In this document: in pieces, positions 24,699-31,510 of the stretch
Layout: every line of letters starts with the position of its first letter
Position numbering within the stretch: the stretch's first letter is position 1
DNA from: Bugula neritina
Lineage: Eukaryota > Animalia > Bryozoa
Length of the DNA stretch: 31,510 bases
Direction of reading: 5' to 3'
Assembly: GCA_964035545.1 (NCBI GenBank)
Contig: CAXIUT010000167.1
Location: 1-31,510, forward strand
The notes under the pieces: model-generated
Told to the model about the DNA's origin: nothing
What the model saw: the letters and a program-made list of their open reading frames with translations, nothing else
Databases searched by the model: none
Program-made: the position numbers and the translations under genes

Positions 24699-26620
24699 AT
24701 GTTTATAATAATAATAGCAATTATGTAAGAGTAGAGTACATTGGGAGTATTTAAACTACAACTACATCCGTTCTTTACATTTCTTCTAACAAAAAATCAT
24801 ATAATCGAAAAGCATAAGATTCAAGTCATAGTTATTGGTTCAAAATCATGATAAAGATAGTGTATAATTGCAATTATCTCAACTGGAGTAAGGTTTCAAT
24901 AAAGGAAAAACATTTGATGTGTACTATAATTCGAGTGATGAATTTTGCAGCATTGTACATATATCTTGGGAACAACTGCTAAACCATTTACTTTGTCTTC
25001 TTTGGTGGTTGTTATAGTTGTTCCTGATAAAAATTAATCAAATTGGGTGTTATCCATTTAGTACTAAAGCTAAAATCAAAGTGCATCACCCCTATCAAGT
25101 CAAAGATGAGGGACAATAACTACCTGTCATCATAGCTTCAATTATTAATCTTCATCTGTATAAACCTAAAGTAGAAAGCAAAATAAAAAAGACAACATAA
25201 GATCTAAGAGATCAAGCTAACCTTCTCTTCAAAAATCATAGATACATCTAGGCAATTAACTTGTACTAGACTGCTTTGGCTAGTATTCATCAACCGAATC
25301 CAAGAAAGATGGCTATTTTGTATTCTAATACAGCTGCTTGTCTATTTTAGTTGAAGTTATATCATTCCTGTGCAATTTTATCAGATTTATCTATTCTTTT
25401 GGATCCCACTTATAATAAAGGATACTATCGACGGATCAGAAGTCTCTTGTAGCTGCGTCGTTTTAGTTAAATTACACCTTCTCTGCTGACTATTTCTAAT
25501 CTCATTAGCAAACAATAGCTATAGTTGTTAAATCAGAGGTATGTGCAGATCACTGCTCAAGATATGGGAGTGTTTAATTGGTGTGGATTGTTGAAGGGAG
25601 GTTGTCAGGGTGAGTATTTTAGCTAGAAAGTTAGAATGGAGGTCATTTAAGGTTAAATCAAGTTGGTAGCCAAGTAGCCGTTATAGCAATACTAGCTGGT
25701 GATGATTAGTAAACCTTTGATTTATATTAAGGAAAGTGGTAGTCATTTCAAAGATTCCTTTATGACTTTTCTTAAAGAAATATAAAAATTACTATCTCTA
25801 TGATTAGGCTTTTGAATAAACTATCCATTTATTGCCATGTAAATGCCATTCTACTTTATCATTACGTCAAAAATACTACAAAGAGTTCAAGGGGAAGGCT
25901 CTTTCTTTGCCTAAAAAAGTAGTTATTTAACAAGATGCAAACGATGTATATTCGAATAAAAAGGTCTGGACAAGGAGTTGTAGTAGAAACGGATATGGAA
26001 TATGGAAGTAGATGTTTTATTTCAAACAGTAATGCATACCGAATTGTTCATCTGTACATTTGAATGGTCACTGGATGGTGCATACGAGTAGTGCTATTGA
26101 GGCCTAAAGTATACTATCGATGGATTTGATATCTGGGTTGTAAGGCAGTAAAACGTCGTTAAACTTTGTTGATAAAGATGTAGTAGAGTTGTTAGTGTGA
26201 AATATGTCGAGAGGGAAGTGGGTATTTACTGTTTGATAATATGTAGGAGTTGTATGAGTAGTTGTAGGGTTTTTAGAGTATGAAGAAGAAGAAGCAGTTT
26301 GTTTGGGGGCTGATTAATCAGTCATGGTAGGACCATTTGCAGTAGTTCAAGGATGATTTGGTAGGAATAACTTATGAATATTTATTTTTGGTGTAGAAGG
26401 AGTGTGATTGGGACGATTTGGTAAATTTGTTCAAATTGAAGGAATAAAAATTAGTATAGATAAATAGATAATAACTTGGATTAGCTCATAAAGAAGATGA
26501 TATGTTTATACTTTAAGGCCAGTATGAACTAGACGAATCAAATCTATCGACTTGTCCTTGAAAAGTTTATTACAAGAGACCTGTGATTCTATCATAAATA
26601 TTTATGCCTATTTATGAATG
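24699..26620 (+). CDS. TPR + SET (SMYD-like) domain protein with degenerate SET motifs
   Basis: TPRs: LRDQANLLFKNHRYIEAINLY, ILYSNTAAC, LDPTYNKGYYRR. SET-N: KLVAKEPLEQYELVMISKPL. SET-C: GIW...FKQECIPNC. Post-SET: RRETL...CECEIC. Ends approximate because of indels. Confidence 0.75.
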
Positions 26621-26727
26621 TTTAATTGAGATTAATAGTAGATATGAATATAATCAAGTAAAATGGTTATTCTAGATAGATAGATATTTATTTTATTGTT
26701 TGTTTTGTTTATAATAATAAAACTAAT

Positions 26728-27262
26728 ATGTCAAGTGGTTGTTTTTTCAAGTTGTTTTAGATAGAAATAGGCAGGCTAGGTACCTGACAACTTAGTTTCT
26801 GACTCATAACAAAACAAAACAAAAATATATCAAAATAAAAACAAAAAATAAAAAACAATCCTGAACACACTTAAAATCATAAAGACCAATTAAAATTAAG
26901 TAACCTATAAGTTATTGATAAAAGAATACCTGGAATACAGACAGAAAGAATTATCTTGCATGGAATTGGGACCTATTAAATAAAAATAGAAAAAATTGTT
27001 TAATGCTAGTTGTGTCGAGGAGAGAGTGGTTGAAGGCTAGGAAAGTAAGAAATTAAAGAAAAGAAATTCATTGTACGGAGGAGCTAAACATCTGTTATTT
27101 AAAATAACTGGATCGTAACAACCTTTTAGAAGATAGCAATAACAAAACAACTATTAGGCTAATTATGGATCTGTTGCCAAGTCAGAAAAGAACCAGACAT
27201 TTACTTCTTCTTTTAATCCTAATCTATCAGCTGATACGGATAAATTATAGAATCTTTAATGA
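26728..27262 (+). CDS. Hypothetical protein with Cys-rich N-terminus; may be the N-terminal part of the downstream pseudokinase
   Basis: MSSGCFSSCF (after removing one T from a homopolymer), open to TGA 27260-27262. That TGA overlaps the next ATG (ATGA), so a single indel would fuse the two ORFs. Confidence 0.5.
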
Positions 27263-28059
27263 AAAATGATATGGATATTTCTGAAAAAGATAGATCAGGT
27301 GTTCGAGATGAATTTAATCCTTTTAGTAATATCTAGATAAAGGATAAATCTTAATAGTCTTTGAAGGTGGGTGCTATGTTGGGTCGTTCTAAACAATGCC
27401 ACGTGTATTTATGTCAAGATATAAAGAGTAAATGTTTATTTTCATTGAAACATATATTCAAAAACAAAAATATGGGAATAGTGTATTAAAATTTACTATT
27501 TTATAAAACTTTTTACCATCCTTTAATTATCAGTTACTATTATTCTGTTGAAAGTTAATAAAAAATATCTGTTTTTCAGGAATATGCTCCAAATTTATTG
27601 ATAAATTAAATAAAAAAAGAAGGTTATTTAAAAATTGATGAAATTAGAAACTACCTAAGACAAATTATCGAAGGAGTAGTTGTTTTACATGAAAACAGTA
27701 GATTTCATGGCAATTTAAATCCTAATTAAATGGGACTAGTGATGGGTATATGTAAATTAAGATTGAGTTTAACTCAAAATCATACTACTCACCCAGAATA
27801 TCTCAGAGATATTTATCAAATTGGCTTGTTAGCCTTTGAAATGGCCTATGGATTGATTTAAGATACTAAAAATGAATAGAGATATTACCATGCATCTATG
27901 AGAAGTACGGTAATCGATATTTTGAGAAGAAAAGTTGATATTTAGAACGAGTACAAAGAGCTAAATACATTTATTTTGTATCTCCTGAACCAATAAGAAA
28001 ATATAAGGATATCTGGGAGTAGTTGTTTGAATCATTCTTTTTTTAATCCATCCTAATGA
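27259..28059 (+). CDS. Aurora-like pseudokinase
   Basis: LGRSKQCHVYLCQDIKSKCLFSLKHIFK, HPLII, QEYAP, YLRQIIEGVVVLH. HRD is replaced by HGN, there is no DFG or APE, then DIYQIGLLAFEMAYG and ...CLNHSFF. TGA 28057-28059. Confidence 0.8.
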
Positions 28060-28112
28060 TCTGATAACCTTATTACCATTCACTTATTTACTTATTATAC
28101 ATTTATTGTTGG

Positions 28113-29295
28113 ATGAACTCATTAACATCTAACTCTGTCTTTGTGTCTGTTTTACTACTAGTATCAGTTAGTTCTTTCTCGGCTGTTCCTCTCGAATCAG
28201 GCACTATATCTATATAAGAAAAACTGCTAAGATTGAACACTTGCATTTCGAAAAACAGTTCAATTGACTCTAACTAAAGAAACCTATGAGAGAGAGTAAA
28301 ATATTCAGGCAATAGCTTCATTTTCTCAGTTGAAAATGGACAGCCGCTTAGCTCTTCAATTTGTTTATCATATTGATTGTTCTCTATCTAAATGCAGATT
28401 GGAGTTACAACTAGAAAGGTTTACTCCGTATGTTGATTCTGAGTTTAATTATAATGTGGTGATTGACTATTTGGTTGCCAGTGGGTTGAAGACTCTTAAT
28501 GTTAATATGACATACTACAAGCAGCACTTTATGATGCCTGGGTCAATAAAGGTAGAAAATAAAGTTGATGATGAGATGGAGGATAAGATCAAGTGGTAGG
28601 CAGTGATGATTCCAAACGGATTTAGTGATATGAGTCTTACTGGAGGAGTATAACTCAAACAGATAAGAGATTCTTCTACATATGTTTTAAAGTATAAAGA
28701 TGGTGTAAGTAGTTAGATAGATTCGATGGGATGGACTACTCATGCTAAATTTATTTTGTTTAAAGTGGTATTTTATCCAAAAGACTATTTAAGCCATAAA
28801 AATTAAAGGTATTTTTCTTTTGGAGGATTTGAAAATACTGTATAAAAGTAAATCAATATCCATTTATCTTCAAGTAAACCAAGTTCATGGAAAACTATGG
28901 AAAATGATGTAGAATATGTTTGGCTGCCTCTTGAATACAATAAAAATGTTGTTGATAGTCGAATTCAGGTGAGTTAGATAAGTAAGGTTGGAAAATAGAA
29001 GGTAAAAACATCTCAGGCTAACAATTTGCAGAGAATATTCATCGGTATTTTTGTAATTGGAATTGCCTAAATGGCATATTTATATTATAGAAAAAGACAA
29101 ACCTAGAAAAGAAAAGAAGCCAACCAAACTCCAATAAAGCTGCCTGATTTGCTGATAACTTTTAACGATGACTTAAAAGCTGTTGAAGCATTAGCTCTTC
29201 AATCCCAACAAAACGCTGAAATCAAAGACCATAAAGAGAGTGAGGTTCGTTTATAAAAAACTGTAGAATCTGAAGTGAAAATTCAGTCAGTTTGA
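28113..29295 (+). CDS. Type I membrane protein, paralogue A
   Basis: Signal peptide, ectodomain, TM near 29035-29088 followed by RKR, TGA 29293-29295. Clearly similar to the next gene. Confidence 0.8.
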
Positions 29296-29319
29296 TCCAT
29301 CATAATTATAATTATAATA

Positions 29320-30502
29320 ATGTATTTAAACAAAAAGATTTTAGCTTTACTTTTGTTACTAATAACATGCGTTTTATCTTTTGACATAGTGCCTTTGTCT
29401 TCAGGAACAATAAATATAACTGATGCTGACATTGGTACAAATAAAAAAATAATACGTTCGTTATCAATCAATATGACAAAAACATTTTACTAGAAATATA
29501 AAAATATCGATGTAGTTGCTTCTATAACCTCATTAAAAATGGATGACAGACTAAATTTCTATTTTGATTATAACATTCAATGTCCTTATGCCTAGTGTTT
29601 TTTGAATTTTACTTTTGTGAGACAGACAGATAATGTAAATTCTGAGTTTCAAGTACTATATGGTGATTGATTATTTGGTTGCTAGAGGGATGAGGATACA
29701 TAATTTGAATATGACTTTCATATCAGGAAACATATTATGTTGTCGCATGTTGTTAGCTATGATTTTTGATAATAATAAATAAAATTTGGCTTACCCTTTG
29801 CCCTATAATAACTTTGATGCGCCTAGGTTGTTGCTGTTTCCTAATGGATGGAGTAATTTAACTAGAACTGGAAGGGTTCATCACATGTATGTGCCCTAGA
29901 CTGATATGTTTTGTGGTGCATTATATAGAAAAACGCTGATGGAAATAATTAAACAAATTATCAAGGATGGCCTGAAAAAGCTGATTTCATTAAGTTTAAA
30001 GTGTTGCTTTTTGATTATAGGTATTAACCTGCAAAAGATTGCAAAACTCATGATAAATTTAATCTTACAGATCATTATTAGCATGTTTGCGGAGGAAGCA
30101 AAAAACTTAAATGGTTTTTTTGGGTTCAAAAGAACTAAATAGCAACAAATCTAAGGAGAGTTCTTTTAATAAAAGTCAGGATTTTCTTTTAGTTTAGCCA
30201 CTATTCCATCACGTTATGGATTGATGGGCTTTCCTTTTCTCGAAAAAGGAGATTTCAAAGATTAAAGAGTTCATTAATATATATATGTAAAAGAGTATAA
30301 GACGATAGGCATGGTAGCCGGAATGATTTTGGCAGCTTTCTTGATGATAGTTAGTCTTATTTTCATTATTAAGGTGGTGAAGAAATGGATAAAAGCTAAA
30401 CCTTTTCAGGGAATAAGATAAAAGTATCAATCACAAATATCTGAAGAGACTCCTCAGGTTGTACTTAGTAGTTTTTCACCTGAAAATTAGCAAAATGATT
30501 GA
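29320..30502 (+). CDS. Type I membrane protein, paralogue B
   Basis: Signal peptide and blocks shared with paralogue A (VPLSSGTI/VPLESGTI, LKMDDRL/LKMDSRL, VIDYLVARG/VIDYLVASG). TGA 30500-30502. Several indels. Confidence 0.75.
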
Positions 30503-30645
30503 AAAAAAGAAAATTATTTAATATTAAATCTTATTTTTTCAAAAAAAATTGATGAATTTTTTTTAATTAATTAATCGTAATTAGATGAATATCATGAAAT
30601 AAAAGATTAATCTTATTTTTCACTCATTTATGATGCAAGTAATAA

Positions 30646-31176
<531 letters not shown>

Positions 31177-31435
31177 TATTCATCTTTATTGGATATTTTA
31201 AGTTTTAAGAAAAAGATAGTTAACAAAAGAAATATTGAGTTAAAAAAGATAATTATTCTAGATTTTGAATGAGAATTATCATTGATATTAACTGAAATAG
31301 AGAAAAAGAATATGACCTTGAATTAATTTAAAATATAATTTAGGATAATAAAGCAAAAGATATTTTCAAAAAAAAGAGATAATTTAATCATCTTTTATTC
31401 AATAAGATTATCTATTTTGATTATCAATTAGTCTT

Positions 31436-31510
31436 TTGGGGTTGGGGTTGGGGTTGGGGTTGGGGTTGGGGGTTGGGGTTGGGGTTGGGGTTGGGGTTGG
31501 GGTTGGGGGG
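31436..31510 (+). repeat. Right telomere, (TTGGGG)n
   Basis: About 75 nt of G4T2 at the 3' terminus, with one G5 unit. Confidence 0.98.

Overview
AT-rich ciliate macronuclear DNA with (C4A2)n/(G4T2)n telomeres. TAA and TAG encode Glu and TGA is the only stop, matching the peritrich-type nuclear code (NCBI table 30). The supplied standard-code ORF track is therefore fragmentary or antisense noise, and I re-read the genes by hand. The window has three segments. Segment 1 (1-7337) is capped by telomeres at both ends. Segments 2 (7338-10283) and 3 (10284-31510) each begin abruptly inside a gene, right after a full-length internal G4T2 tract, and end in a telomere. Recognisable genes are a Kelch-repeat/MORC (degenerate GHKL) fusion, GRASP55/65, a 5'-truncated Ser/Thr kinase, APC1, a giant low-complexity protein with a dispersed ~16-aa repeat, a prominin-like 5-TM protein, a TPR-SET protein, an Aurora-like pseudokinase, two tandem type-I membrane paralogues and calmodulin. 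All four identifiable introns are exactly 20 nt, and several intergenic gaps are only 16-55 nt. The + strand repeatedly switches from G-rich to C-rich across intergenic gaps. Scattered 1-nt indels, demonstrable in calmodulin, look like sequencing error, so many CDS boundaries are approximate.
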